From NCBI RefSeq assembly GCF_001194135.2, contig NC_068988.1, positions 28,622,397 through 28,686,396 on the forward strand: a stretch of DNA of 64,000 nucleotides, in the 5' to 3' direction. Below are positions 10,458 to 22,964 of this stretch, in pieces. The notes under the pieces were generated by a model, which saw only the letters and a program-made list of their open reading frames with translations, searched no databases and was not told where the DNA came from. Source of the stretch: Octopus bimaculoides (lineage: Eukaryota). Numbering within the stretch: position 1 is the first letter of the stretch; every line of letters starts with the position of its first letter. The translations under genes and the position numbers were made by a program.

Positions 10458-11494
10458 CATATGAATCAATTTACACGTCCTTTACATTGGACAGATGCAG
10501 TGTTGCCGGAAGAAAAAATTCTGTTGTAACAAGAAACACGTTTTTTTATATAATTTTACTTATGTCTAATGAGTCCTCATTACCCCGAAGAATTTAATTT
10601 TTACCCCACTTGGGGTAATTTATCCCGGTTCTCCGACCCTTGAATTAACCCCTTCAATGCGGTGCTTTAGCTTTGTTCTGTAGCCAGTTACATTCCGAAA
10701 TCGGTTACTGCAAGTTTTGAATAATTTTAAGAACAATTTTGCTTGCATGGACTATGAAATCATTGCATCTTCGTACATTGCTGCCGTAGACCATGTTTAA
10801 AATTCCTGGTGTAAATTATCTTCTGAATTATCTTATATTTTGTATTTGTGTCGGCATTCGTTGTCTGTGTAAACGTGAGAAGAAAAAACCCAATGTATTT
10901 TTGATTATAGATAATGGCGAATTAATTGTAAAAAGAGGAGAGTCTAAATGCCCTTCTAAATAGGAATTTTACCATAAGTATTTTGTATGTGTGGACATCT
11001 ATACATTTTGTATCTGTGTGCCCATGTAACATCAAAATGTTTAAGCGTGACAAAGATAATATATTCGTAATCACGGATGAGAGGAAAATTTAAATGCTTT
11101 TCTCAGTAAGAACTTTTACCATCTCTAATTTGCGGGGATATTTGCTGTCTCCATGTAACATCAAAATAGATTGGTGTGACAAGAATAATGTATACGTACT
11201 CACGAATACCTTCTTTTATCGTTTATCTTTCACTTGTTTCAGTCTTTGGACAGCTGCCACGCTGGAGCACCACCTTGAAGGGTCTAGTCCGGGGGTTCTC
11301 AACCATTTTTTTAATCTATGGACCTCTTTTATTAATATTTTATTCTAGTGGACCCCTGTAACTATTCTATGTTTAAAAACTAGTTTTTAAAAATTTCTTT
11401 CCAAATTCCTATTTGATTTTTCACACAGTAACGTGTGTAGGTTGAACTACGTAAAATGTTATGGAAAGAAACGTAGCTGTTTCTCGAAATACAT

Positions 11495-12280
11495 GGTGCC
11501 ACTCTAGCGTTCGGTCTACCGCAGAATCCTACTTTAGCGTGCAGTCAACTGCAGTATCCTGTCTACGCTGTGAAATTACTTTTAGCGTGCCGTCTGCTTT
11601 TCTTACCCTTTTACACTTTAGCGTGCGATCTACCTCCACTATGAGAACTTTATACTACAGGATGATAAAAACAAATTGAATAATGTTGAATAATGGTTTA
11701 TTAATAACTTAAACTTAAATCTTAATTAACGATACTCACTTCATACATAATGTTCTTCATGATTCACTGTAAAATGGCGATAACCCATGGCATTTAGATT
11801 AGAATATACGGGCCATTACTTAATTATTGAATCTTTTTCACATTCCCGCTCAATGATTGGTCATAGAGTGTTTCTGTCACGCCGTTGCACATAGAAGTAT
11901 CGACAGTCAGAGCTTTGTTTCAGACTAAAGACCCACGGACCATCAATTCTACGTCCATGGTTCCTGTTATTTTGTACATCTACGTAATTTTCTTGAGCAA
12001 GAGGAGCATTGTCGCCATTTAGCAGTCTCCCACGATTGTATTTCCGTCAACCAGCAAATCTTGAATTATTGATACCTGACAGCTCGAAGACTAAGCAGGG
12101 AGTTGAAGAGATCTAATTACGGTGTTGTAGGGAATAGTTTGTGTTACAGAAGATTAACTACAATGAAATAGAGAACGGCAAGAGTAGCATAGCCAGACTG
12201 TGTGCTGTCTGGAGCAACCTTTGAGTTTGCTGCCTTGCACTGGGCCCTCAAGACTATACGAACTTATGCAGCAAACCCAA
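11495..12280 (-). mobile_element. Merlin (IS1595/IS1016-like) transposon relic, 3' end with disrupted DDE transposase
   Basis: Minus-strand translation of about 12020-11741: NRNHGRRIDGPWVFSLKQSSDCRYFYVQRRDRNTL*PIIERECEKDSIIK*WPVYSNLNAH / GYRHFTVNHEEHYV, matching the WVF..RD..TL.PII..W..Y..L..GY.H..VNH pattern. Terminus GGTGCC at 11495 with four subterminal ACTTTAGCGTGC-like repeats. Confidence 0.75.
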
Positions 12281-12284
12281 AAGA

Positions 12285-12480
12285 ACCGCCCCTAAACATA
12301 GAGGGGACAAACAAGGACAGACAAAGTGATTAAGTCGATTACTGGTATTTAATTTATCGACCCCGAAAGAATGAAAGGCAAAGTCAACCGCGGCGGAATT
12401 TGAACTCAGAACGTAACGGCAGATGAAATACCGCTAAGCATTTCGCCCGGCGTGCTAACGTGTCTGCCAGCTCGCCGCCT
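12285..12480 (-). mobile_element. tRNA-derived SINE family C (copies about 22395-22560 +, 45110-45280 -, 46268-46680 + x2, 54465-55290 - x4, 55560-55730 -)
   Basis: Head gagctggcaga...ttagca...ctgagttcaaattcc (A/B boxes), body gtcgactttgcctttcatcctttcggggtcgataaattaa; many copies. Confidence 0.85.
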
Positions 12481-12979
12481 TCTGAAAAGTAAACTAGGTT
12501 CAGCACAAAATGGGTCTTAACTTTCACACTAGCAAGAACTATATTAGTAAATTTTATATTTGAGAAGGTCATGTGACACTGTTAACGTCTAGAAAACAGC
12601 CCTCATCTAGCAGCTTCATGGTAAAGGAGGTTACGTTAAGTATTCTTTGCAGATTTTGGGGTAACGTGTTATTTTTAGAAATATGTTGTTTTCCCTGCCT
12701 TTCTTACTAGTTAGTATCTGGTTTCGTAACATTTATACAAAACTGTCTAGCTTTTTATCAGTAATGTGTACCAAGTGTTGGACTCATTTGGGTTAATTTT
12801 GACATTAACATCCCCACGATTTTCACTAAGAAAAAAAAAATTTACAGTAGACTACAGAGAGTCACGTGGAGACGAAATGGTTGTACTTCGACCGGGAGAT
12901 CCAAGACTGGGACAGTATAGCCCTTTTCCTTTAAGTTAAGACGATCACACACACACACACAGATATATATATATATAAG

Positions 12980-13469
12980 GAACGACCGTGCGAACTCAAA
13001 AAAGGAGAAATGGTGACGAATGGAAAAACAGAGGACTCCTTTTATTTAAACGTGTCACACGGTCGAACACACAAATATATATATCAATGATGATATACAA
13101 AATATGTTATGCTGATGCGACGACGGCGGTGGTCATCGTTGGCTGGACGAAGCTGTTGAAGTGGTCGCTGGCTGATTGTTGCTGCTGCTGTCGTGTGGTA
13201 CACGGAGCAGTCTCTAAGAGAAACTGGACCGAGACGAATTTGCTGGGTATGAGTTGATCTATTTAAGGCGTTAAGGGGGCTCCAAGACGGTAGTAGGAAA
13301 ACACTATCACGTGACCTTATTAAGGGCTGTGATTGGTCAGTTTGCGTTCTGGCGGGAACGGTTCGAAGAAGTTGCCGATTCGAATAATGATCAGTCACGT
13401 GATGACAAGGTTGATGTTTTCCGCTACGTCCGCGTTTGTCTATATTTAAATGAGAAGAATGGCGATAGC
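12980..13469 (-). mobile_element. Possible solo-LTR-like element
   Basis: CpG-rich island in AT-rich DNA; on the minus strand it has two CACGTG, a CCAATCA box, a TTAAATA TATA-like box and then AATAAA; bounded by (TA)n and an N-gap, so TG..CA ends cannot be checked. Confidence 0.3.
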
Positions 13470-13581
13470 NNNNNNNNNNACACACACACACACACACACA
13501 CATATATACATACACGTTTATATATTTGTTTTGCAAGATTCTTGATGTGAAATAGTGTGTTGAAACAGATATTGTTGTATT

Positions 13582-13798
13582 TTGTATTTGGGGATGGTCA
13601 TGCTGCCAGTTTAGCCAATAAAAACACACGCACTATATATTTGGTGCTAATTTGCTTCAGCCTTATATTACATTAATCGTATTTTTTCGTACATTAAATA
13701 CGATTAATGTAATATAAATCTGAAGCAAATTAGCACCAAATATATAGTGCGTGTGTTTTTATTGGCTAAACTGGCAACATGACCATCCCCAAATACAA
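13582..13798. repeat. Near-perfect long palindrome (103-bp arms, 11-nt spacer), probably a foldback MITE
   Basis: 13582-13684 versus the reverse complement of 13696-13798: 3 mismatches by manual alignment. Confidence 0.9.
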
Positions 13799-14379
13799 CA
13801 ATATATATATATATATTCTTGGTAGTCTTCCGAAATTGCAGTCTTGGTGGTCTTCCGTAATTTTTTTTCCTTAGTGAAAATCGTGCGGGTGTTAATATCA
13901 AAATTTACCGCAAAATAAGCACGTGCTTGGAGCATCAAAGAAAGGACATGCCACCACAGAACCAGTAAATGGTTTTACAGCATAAAAGAAATCACTTTAA
14001 ACTTGCTAAAAGAATATTTGGGATATATATACATACACACGCAACATACAGAGAGAGAGAAAGGGAGAGACATTACACATGTTCAAACAATTGGAACATA
14101 ATTAGATACACAGACACATAAACAGAGAGAGAGATAGAGAAACATTAAAGCGTCTGATGTCAAATAAGTCAGCGTCTCAGCGATGCCAAAACGGCTGCGC
14201 CGAAACGTCTCGTATTCCATCTTATTTCACTAAATACGTATTTGAAGAAGATATATTGTATTTTAATCTCATTTCACTCTGACATCAGTGACATCTATGT
14301 AACAAAATTTATTATCAGTTGTAGTTGTTGACGATAAGCTCAAACTTTTCCATAAAATCTCGCAAACATTGCAGTGAAA

Positions 14380-15090
14380 TAAAAAAACCTGAACTTCAAG
14401 CACGTAAACTTTCCATGTACCTTTTAAATTACAGCGCCGCCACCGCCATCTCGATATTGATGACAAAGACTATCATCTGGAACACCCGAAAGAATGTATC
14501 TTTTCGATTTGTGTTGAATAGTTTATCGGTCAAAAGAAACATTAGACGTTTTGTTTGACCTATTTCACTTACATCTGATATTATCTCTCTTCTCTGAGAT
14601 AATTCACTGATTCAGATATTTGTTCTTGGTATTGTAGGCCACTAAACTATCTACTAATTTCTACTAAGTTCAGTATTTCACTACTGAATTTATATCGGCT
14701 GTCTTGTTTCTGAGCGCAGCACATAGCTTATAATAAAGATAGGATATCACTATACAGGCATACCTCACCTACATCGTTAATTGGTTCCAGCAGACACGAC
14801 TAAAGTCGAATTAACTTGTTTCTTGGCTAGGCTAGGCCGAATTTACTTGTCTCGAGGCTAAACCGATAATAACCATTCCCAGTCCTGTACTTTATTTATG
14901 AATGCATTGTCAATAATAAATATTTGATTTTAAAAAAAAACTATTTAAAACTTACAAACAAATAATTTTTTAATACAGTACAGTAAAAAAAAAGTAATCT
15001 AAATTTGCGAATAACAAGTTGGCGGTGTTTACTGTGCATCGCAGACGCTTTATGAATGCAGTTTGCAATAAGACATGGTAAAATATGAGC
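14380..15090. promoter_or_regulatory. Possible bidirectional promoter between the cys2-like gene and the plus-strand gene
   Basis: Minus strand: gagATGGCGGTGGCGGCG at about 14432-14452 followed by donor-like sites. Plus strand: CpG-containing stretch at about 15015-15080 ending in ACATG|GTAAAA. Both flanking genes have acceptors upstream of their ATG, so both need upstream 5'UTR exons. Confidence 0.3.
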
Positions 15091-15295
15091 TCCGAAAGAC
15101 CGATAAATAAGACAACGTAGCTGATTTCATGATTTCGTTCACTAAGCTACACTACTTTATGGTGTGTATCTTAACGTTTACTAGTTCCCTACGGTTTCAC
15201 GAAGAAATCGATAATTGACCACTGAAATTGAGGCATTGCTTGAAAAGATTTTAACTGACTATTTTTATGAATAAATTCAGAAAAATCTCTCTATA

Positions 15296-15298
<3 letters not shown>

Positions 15299-15357
<59 letters not shown>
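15299..15357. repeat. (CT)n microsatellite
   Basis: Direct read. Confidence 0.95.
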
Positions 15358-15368
<11 letters not shown>

Positions 15369-18262
15369 ACCTGTATGCACGTAGTTTTACTATTATTTGA
15401 AACGCATTTGGAACAAAACGTAAAAACGCTGTGGTAACAGCTACAGTACGAAACAACTTTTAACTGAAATATTTACAAGATCCTGAAATAAGAGCGAGAT
15501 AAATAGTATAGGATGTTACATCCTGGTGTTAAATAACTTGCATCCCATAGCTAAATAACTTCATAACAGATACAGTATATAAAACCATAGCTGTTGAAGC
15601 TAGGATAGAGGATCTTTCTGAATTGAAAAGTGGTGTCCGTCAATTCATAAAGATCCAGGATTGACTCTGTAACCGTAACCACAGCAATAGATAACTTGTT
15701 CAAAGTTACTTGATGCAAGTTCAGTTGAACTTATTTAAAATGCGTTTCCCGAGCAAGTGACGTAAGAGAAAATATCAAATATCAACAGTCATTCAATTTC
15801 CATCGTAAAAGACAAGCTTTCAGACGGATAACGTATTTGATGATTATACCCGTTTATTTATTTATCTATTATCCAATCATTGAAATAATAACTGATGTTA
15901 AATAGACACACTAATTATAAGATGTCGTCTGCATTCAGCTAACAGGTGAATTGCAAAACAAAACGTTTCTTTGTATTTATAATGAATTGTCAACTCTTTA
16001 CAACGCGTTCTTCTTGCTATCTTGTTCATTTGATGAAATTTCTGGTCTCACATTTTCGTTTTCAGCGATTAAGTTTTTATTTTGTGCTTTGGTTTCAATC
16101 TCGCCTATTGTCCATATATGAATTCATTCGTTATTACTAAATTTTACTGGTTTCATGTGACGAATGAGCCAGATGTTTTCGCCAAGCGGCTCGAATCTCT
16201 AACCTGATTTCACTATCTGATAATGGCTTTGAGAAAAGATTAAATTCTCTTCAGCTGTTAACCTAGCGAAGTATTTTAGCTATGTTAAAAAAATTGTTTC
16301 TAATGACATATCAACTTAGGCGAAAAATAAATGAGATATCAATTTAAAAGTAAGTTTCGTTTTCTGGTAGTTTAACATTCTAGTTCGTGTTCATCGTTAA
16401 GGCTTTTATCTGAAACATATAAAGTTTCCTCTTCCCGTTACCAAAAAACTAGAGAAGAAAATATAAATAAAAGAAACCTTAGCATACAAAATAATATTCG
16501 GTTTTATTGAAATAATTAGGGTGATATGATCATTATCACAACTGTTTTTCATTTGATACGTTCGACCTTTAGTTCTCAACTACGAAGAAAAACGTGAAGA
16601 GAAGGATTTTTTTGGCTTTGTTTTCTTTTCTAAGCAATGAATAATCCTACACAGAGATTTTATTATTTTCTGTGATATCAGTACATAATCTATAGTACCC
16701 TTCATACTTTTATCTAACCTCGTAGAGAATGTTAAAAAGTGAAAGTAACTTGATATCCTGGCAGATTGTTTTCTGCGCATTATCTGTGCGCGCGCACGCG
16801 TATATATTTGATTAATTCAACGATATAAATTCCTTTTAAAAGGGTGTAAGCATCCAAGTTATATTCAGTGTATCAGTGAAAAACCAAAAGATGTTGGCTT
16901 CGCATTGATGGATATGGGTAAATCATCAAAGCCTTGGGCCGACCAAAGCCTTGCGAGTGGATTTGGTAGACGGAAACTGAAAGCCCGTCGTATATATGTG
17001 TGTGTGTGTGTCTGTGTTTGTCCCCCCACCATCGCTTGACAACCGATGCTGGAGTGTTTACGTCCCCGTAACTTAGCGGTTCGGCAAAAAGAGACCAATA
17101 GAATAAGTAGTAGGCTTACAAAGAATAAGTCCTGGGGTCGATTTTCTCGACTAAAGGCGGTGCTCCAGCATGGCCACAGTCAAATGACTGAAACAAGTAA
17201 AAGAGTAAAAGTGAATTTATGTATGAGAAAAAGAAAACGGATTAATTGACATATAGACATCAATTTGGCAAAAGTAAAGAATACGCACAGCCTGTGTTTA
17301 AGGTTTAGGGTTAGGGTTTTTGTTACGCCGAAAACGGATGGTGTACGTATTCTTTATCTCCGCAATAAATCTATTAAAATAAATTCAATTCCGAACAATA
17401 TCAAACTCATAGAACCTACAATCGTTTCCATGTCCAATTGATTCAAATTAGAGAAATTAAATTAAATTAAAGATTCATATTGAATATAGTTACTTGAGCA
17501 TTTCGTCAGGGTAAGAATTTGATAGAAAAAGAACTACATCCCAATGTATTGGCTGATCATTGATAGACCCAGTCTTAAATTTAGATATGTGCGCTTACGG
17601 TGTGGGGGCGGAGTCCTGGATTTTTTGCGGGGTGTTGCCCAAAAGTTTTGAAAAAAATACGATATAAGTGGAATATCAGCCATTACTTATCAAAATTAAT
17701 CGATTTTTTTTCTTGAGGCCTATGACTCATAAGGCTGGTTACCCGCTTTCCATGAGATATAAGTGGCCGGGATCTCAACATGCCCCATAATAGGATACCA
17801 GTTAGTTACAGGGTTCAAGACCAGTAATTTTGAAGAGAAGAGATAAGCCGATTACATCGACCCCTGTACACGTGTGCACATAGATATATATGTTATACGA
17901 CACACAGTTCCAGCTATCAAATTGACTCACAAGGCACAAACCAGTCCAGGGCCATAGCAGACGACACTTGCCTAAGGGGACTGAACTCCAAACGACGTCA
18001 TTACCAAGCCAGCTTCTTAACCACACAGCCTTGTCAGTGCCTATTAAAAGGTTTCTGAGGAGGGATATTTTTAGTAATCAAAGCATTACAAATAAGATCA
18101 AGATCGAATCGTGCTTTCAAAGCCCTTTCTACTTATTCCCTTTGTTCTGTCTTCCTCTCTCTGCTCTCTCTCTCTCGTTTTGTTTTATTTTTCTCTCATC
18201 TGTTCCATTTCTTTATTTCTGTTCTGCAGATGTGAATGAAATATATTTATTATTGACGAACT

Positions 18263-18455
18263 ATGAATAACACACAACGTTTCCTTTATACACAAGCAAC
18301 TCGCCCGCTAATTTCAGGCTGTGTAGAAAAATCTGAGAAAGACCCTAAAATAATCGACTACAAAAATGTTTTCCTACGTCCAACATTCAAGGAAAGTATT
18401 GTGTGTGAAGCATATGACATGAAAATTCCAGCTTATACTGTAGAGGTTGATTCAG
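18263..18455 (+). CDS. Uncharacterised protein, first coding exon
   Basis: Acceptor ttctgcag| at about 18229; in-frame TGA just upstream of ATG 18263; donor TCAG|GTAAAT (phase 1). MNNTQRFLYTQATRPLISGCVEKSEKDPKIIDYKNVFLRPTFKESIVCEAYDMKIPAYTVEVDS. No recognisable domain. Confidence 0.5.
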
Positions 18456-18774
18456 GTAAATATAAGTTAAATGATTTGAATAACTTAAGCACACTTCTAC
18501 AGGCAGTGAAGGTATATGGCCTAGTAATTAGAATTATTATGCTCACGATCATGTGGTCGCTGTTTTAGTTCTCAAACATGTGGTGCTCTAGAGCAAAACT
18601 CTTGCAGTGAGTCAGAAATGCTAATTTTGTTGCTGCGTTGTAGCACAGTCATGCTATAACAACTCCAGCCAATCAGAGCTGGGTGTGTATCAATACGAGA
18701 GGCAGTTCTTTGCCCATGAAGAGAAGCGAGAGTTTTAATTTAATTAGCAAATAGACAGCAGAAAAGTAACATCA

Positions 18775-18920
18775 CTCTTTCGACATGGAACAGCAACTTT
18801 GTTTTGCACACCAACTTTGCATTTGCTAGTTCTGAATTATATCACATTTCTCTTTCAATATGGAACAGCTCTTTGTTCTTCACATCAACTTTGCGAGGCT
18901 TACTCTGAATTATATCAGCT
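18775..18920. repeat. Diverged tandem duplication of a unit of about 70 bp
   Basis: tctttcgacatggaacagcaactttg...ctgaattatatca and tctttcaatatggaacagctctttg...ctgaattatatca. Confidence 0.65.
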
Positions 18921-19198
18921 CTTGACTTATCACTAAATCTATTGTTCAAACATAAGTGATAAAAGCTTTCCCAGACTCACACACACACAAGTTACACATC
19001 TTACTACTTGTCAATTGTTGTTAATTAAAAAATATTTTTGCCTTCTGATATTTTTCCTTTTACCAACTTCCACACTATAAATTATCAACAACACTCTCAC
19101 TACACTGGTGACACTATAAATGCACTCACACTGAAATTGTAGACACAACAAATGAACACTCTCACTACATTGGTGGCTTACTACTCTCTTTATTTCAG

Positions 19199-19891
19199 TT
19201 TACTTTAGTCACTCAGATATAAATGAGTAACACCGCCATAATTAGCACTCCGTCAGTTGTGTTGATGAGGATTCCAGTTGACCCAATCAATGGAACAGCC
19301 TACAAGTGAAATTAATGGTGCAAGTGGTTGAGTGTTCCCCAGACACATTCTTAATGTAGTTTTCAAGGAGATTTAGCAAGATGCAGATGTGACAAGGCTG
19401 GTCCTTTGAAATATAGGTACTACTCGTTTTTTTTTTTTTTTTTTTTTGTCAGTTGCATGAACTGGGACAACATGAAATAAAATGTTTTGCTCAAGGACAC
19501 GACACACTGCTGCGAATCAAACTCACAATCTTAAAGCCATAAGCTGAATACCCTATCCATTAAGCAATGCACCTTGAACCCCACCTGCCTTACTGGTTAA
19601 TGAGTGAAGTCTCTCTTGAACATTGGATGGTAAATCCAATAATTTTGTTTTCCTCTCAAAAGTTTTAATGTATTTTTTCTTATTTCCTTCTTCTGTGCAG
19701 ATAGTTTCTGGAAATTCTTATATTCTAACCAATGGAAAGATTGCTGTATGATACGTGTAAAGCCTGGCTTTCTGAATACCGATTTGACCACGACATTAGC
19801 AAGTTTATTGAAGAACAAAAAAATATCAAGTCATAAAACTGTTGGCTTTATTAAATTTAGATCAAGCGATATTAAGGAAGTGAAGCCACAG
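19199..19891 (+). CDS. Two candidate micro-exons (19199-19226 and 19861-19891) bridging phase 1 to phase 0
   Basis: tatttcag|...GA|GTAACA (28 nt) and aatttag|...CAG|GTAGGC (31 nt) together restore frame between exons 18263-18455 and 21146. They were chosen for phase compatibility only. Confidence 0.25.
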
Positions 19892-21145
19892 GTAGGCTGG
19901 CTACTTTAAGTTTCCTACATTTTTGCCTTTTGTTTGTCCAAAGAAACATCCATTCTTGTTTTCAGACTTTTAGTTTGTCCTACTTTCATATGTTCGGAGT
20001 GAAGTAAATGTAATGGATATGTGCACAAAATAAACGACAGGAGAAAAATAATGATTGAAATCACTAGCATAGCTTGGGGGGCAGTAGGGGCAGCACTTTT
20101 AAAGGGGCGCCACTTTTAGGTCTGCTGTAGGCAATATGTGTTTTTTTGTGGAGTCTGGGAGTGGCAAATGGAAGGGCTGCCCCAGGCGGCACACACTCTA
20201 GCTATGCAAGACACTTGCCCAAGGTGCCATGCAGTGTGACTGACCCTGGAACCATGTGGTTGGGAAACAAGCTTCTTACCACACAGCCACAACTGTACCT
20301 ATAATTGTCCAATAAGTTTTTGTCAGTCAGAAATTAAATGGCCCATGTATAGTAGGTAAACAGAGCATGTAGCTGGCAGTGAATTCACACTATTGACAAA
20401 GCTCAAAGAGGCAGAAATGCACATGTAGCACTCTTTAGGATATTTGTTATGTAAGACTCTCAAAAAAAAAAGACATTTAGGTAAATTACATAGGTTTCAA
20501 CTAAGAAAATTTGCCTTGTATAATTTATAGACAGTTCTGTGCTTGCTTGCAGGTAACACCTATCATAGCTGCCTGCCAGTCTCTTCCCTCAAGATCTCTG
20601 CGTGTAACTACAAAGCTTACATGAGACTTTGATATTCATTACATAACATAAGGAACGCATAACTCAAATTTAATAAGTGGCACAACACTATAAAATGACA
20701 GATAATAGAGAGCTGTTTTAAGATACCAATCAGTGACATAATGCAATTATCACAATATTTTTGCCTGCTACTAATATATTTATGTCATTAAATATGTCCA
20801 TAAGAGATATCATCTGCTAATGAATACTACAGTAAATTTGCTCTTTGTGACATATCTGCATTAAGTATGATACATAGATTGTTATTTTAATTTAATACTG
20901 CTTCTGTTGCTTATAAGAATTCCTAGTTGAAACTATTTCACTTCTCATTCTCTAGAAAGATCATTGGGAAAGGCTTGAAGAATGTAGCAATTTCTAATTT
21001 TCATTCTGTCTCAAAATATATGTTTTTGTAGCACTTCAAAAGAATTCAATACTTTCCATTTTTCCAACTTCAAATAAAAGTCATAGTTCATTTTCATTCC
21101 TTTGATTATATACTGTATGGACATTCTGTCTTGTTTTTATTTCAG

Positions 21146-21659
21146 AAATATGGAACAATACGTTTAGAATTTACATATTTTGGCAGAAATACCCAATACG
21201 TCGGAAGGAGTAAATCAGAAGAATTTAGAAAAGAGCATTACACAGCGAAAAAAACCAAAAGTTTAAAATCTAGGCTGGAAAGTAACCTCACATATCAGCT
21301 ACAAAGACAGCGAGAAATTATACAGAATAGAATAAAATTAAGTGAATTTTCGGAATACGATAAAATTAAATCAATCAGATTAATTAATGCTAATCTCTCA
21401 CATTTTCATTGTTCTGAGCCAATTAACCTTCGAGATGTTTTAGACACTGGTGATTCACCAAAGGAAAAATTGGCATCAGTTTTCAAGCCAACTGCTACTA
21501 CTGTTCAGAAGACCATCAAAAGTCAACCAATTCTTCAGCGTCCAAAGCATACCCGTGAAACGAAGGGCAAGGGTAAAGACCCACAACACGATGAAAGCTT
21601 GTTTAATCAAACATATTTACAACCAATAAGTAGCCACAATATGTCTTTTAAAATTCTAG
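21146..21659 (+). CDS. Uncharacterised protein, internal exon (171 codons)
   Basis: ttttatttcag| acceptor, 514-nt open frame (KYGTIRLEFTYFGR...NMSFKIL), donor CTAG|GTTTGT (phase 1). Confidence 0.65.
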
Positions 21660-21726
21660 GTTTGTGGAAGTTACGTCTTATTTTGCAGCATTGTTTGCCT
21701 CTTAAAATTTGTTTATCATAAAACTA

Positions 21727-21728
<2 letters not shown>

Positions 21729-21787
<59 letters not shown>

Positions 21788-21805
21788 ATAATAATAATAA
21801 TAATA
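21729..21805. repeat. (TAC)n(TAA)n compound microsatellite
   Basis: Direct read. Confidence 0.9.
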
Positions 21806-22642
21806 AAATGATTTCTTTATTAACCATAAGGGTTTACATTAAGAAAAACATTATGGACAGCATAGATGCAGAAGTGGCTATGTGGTAAGTAGCTTGCTTA
21901 CCAACCACATGGTTCCGGGTTCAGTCCCACTGCATGGCACCTTGGGCAAGTGTCTTCTACTGTAGCCTCGGGTCGACCAAAGCCTTCTCTCTGTCCCTAT
22001 TTCCATACCCCCTCTTTCTGTTTACGTGTGTGAATATATTACATTATTCTTTTACTTGTTTCAGTCATTTGACTGCGGCCACGCTGGAGCACCGCCTTTA
22101 GTCGAGCAAATCGACCCAAGGACTTATTCTTTTGTAAGCCTAGTACTTATTCTATTGGTCTCTTTTGCCGAACCACTAAGTTACGGGGGATGTAAACACA
22201 CCAGCAATGTTGGGGGGACAAACACACATATATACATATATACGACGGGCTTCTTTCAGTTTCCGTCTACCAAATCCACTCACAAGGCTTTGGTCGGCCC
22301 GAGGCTATAGTAGAAGACACTTGCCCAAGGTGCCACACAGTGGGACTGAACCCAGAACCATGTGGTTGGTAAGCAACCTATTTACCAGAATCATTAGCAC
22401 ATCAGACAAGATGCTTATAGGCCTTTTGTCCATCTTTACGTTCTGAGTTCAAATTCCACTGAGATTGACCTTGCCTTTCATCCTTTTAGGGTCGATAAAA
22501 TAAGTACCACTTGAATAATAGGATCAAGGTATTTGACTAGCCACCCCCACCAAAATTTTAAACCTTGTGCCAATGGTAAAAAGATTTTCTCTCCAAATTT
22601 TTAATCAAGCATTTGTTTTTATGATTTTCTTTTCTTGTTTAG

Positions 22643-22964
22643 GAAGCATAATTCGACACGAGGATAAACAAAAGACTCTTGGCTATAAAGTACGAATGTC
22701 TAAACTATTTCTTAGTGATAAACTCCTTAATAAAACCCATAACATGTTAGAGAAGACTGTCTTAGATGCTGAGCTGAGACCCAAACACAAATCTGTTGAT
22801 CTTCCAACGGAAACTAAGATTGTTGAAAGTGTGGGCTCCACCATCAGCTATAGCAAGTGGAAAAACTTTTCTGAACTGGTTTATGGCATCGTAGGCAGTC
22901 AAGAACTCCTTCGTACATTACTAAACAGTCATCCAGAGTGTCCAAAAACGAAATACAAAAAACT
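22643..22964 (+). CDS. Uncharacterised protein, internal exon
   Basis: cttgtttag| acceptor in phase 1 matches the previous exon; open frame GSIIRHEDKQK...PKTKYKK; donor CT|GTAAGA (phase 2). Confidence 0.65.

Noticed and set aside
17301-17320. TTAGGG repeats as a true telomere or chromosome-fusion site (also 5765-5890)
   Set aside because: The arrays are short, degenerate and enclosed within TIR-bounded MITEs.
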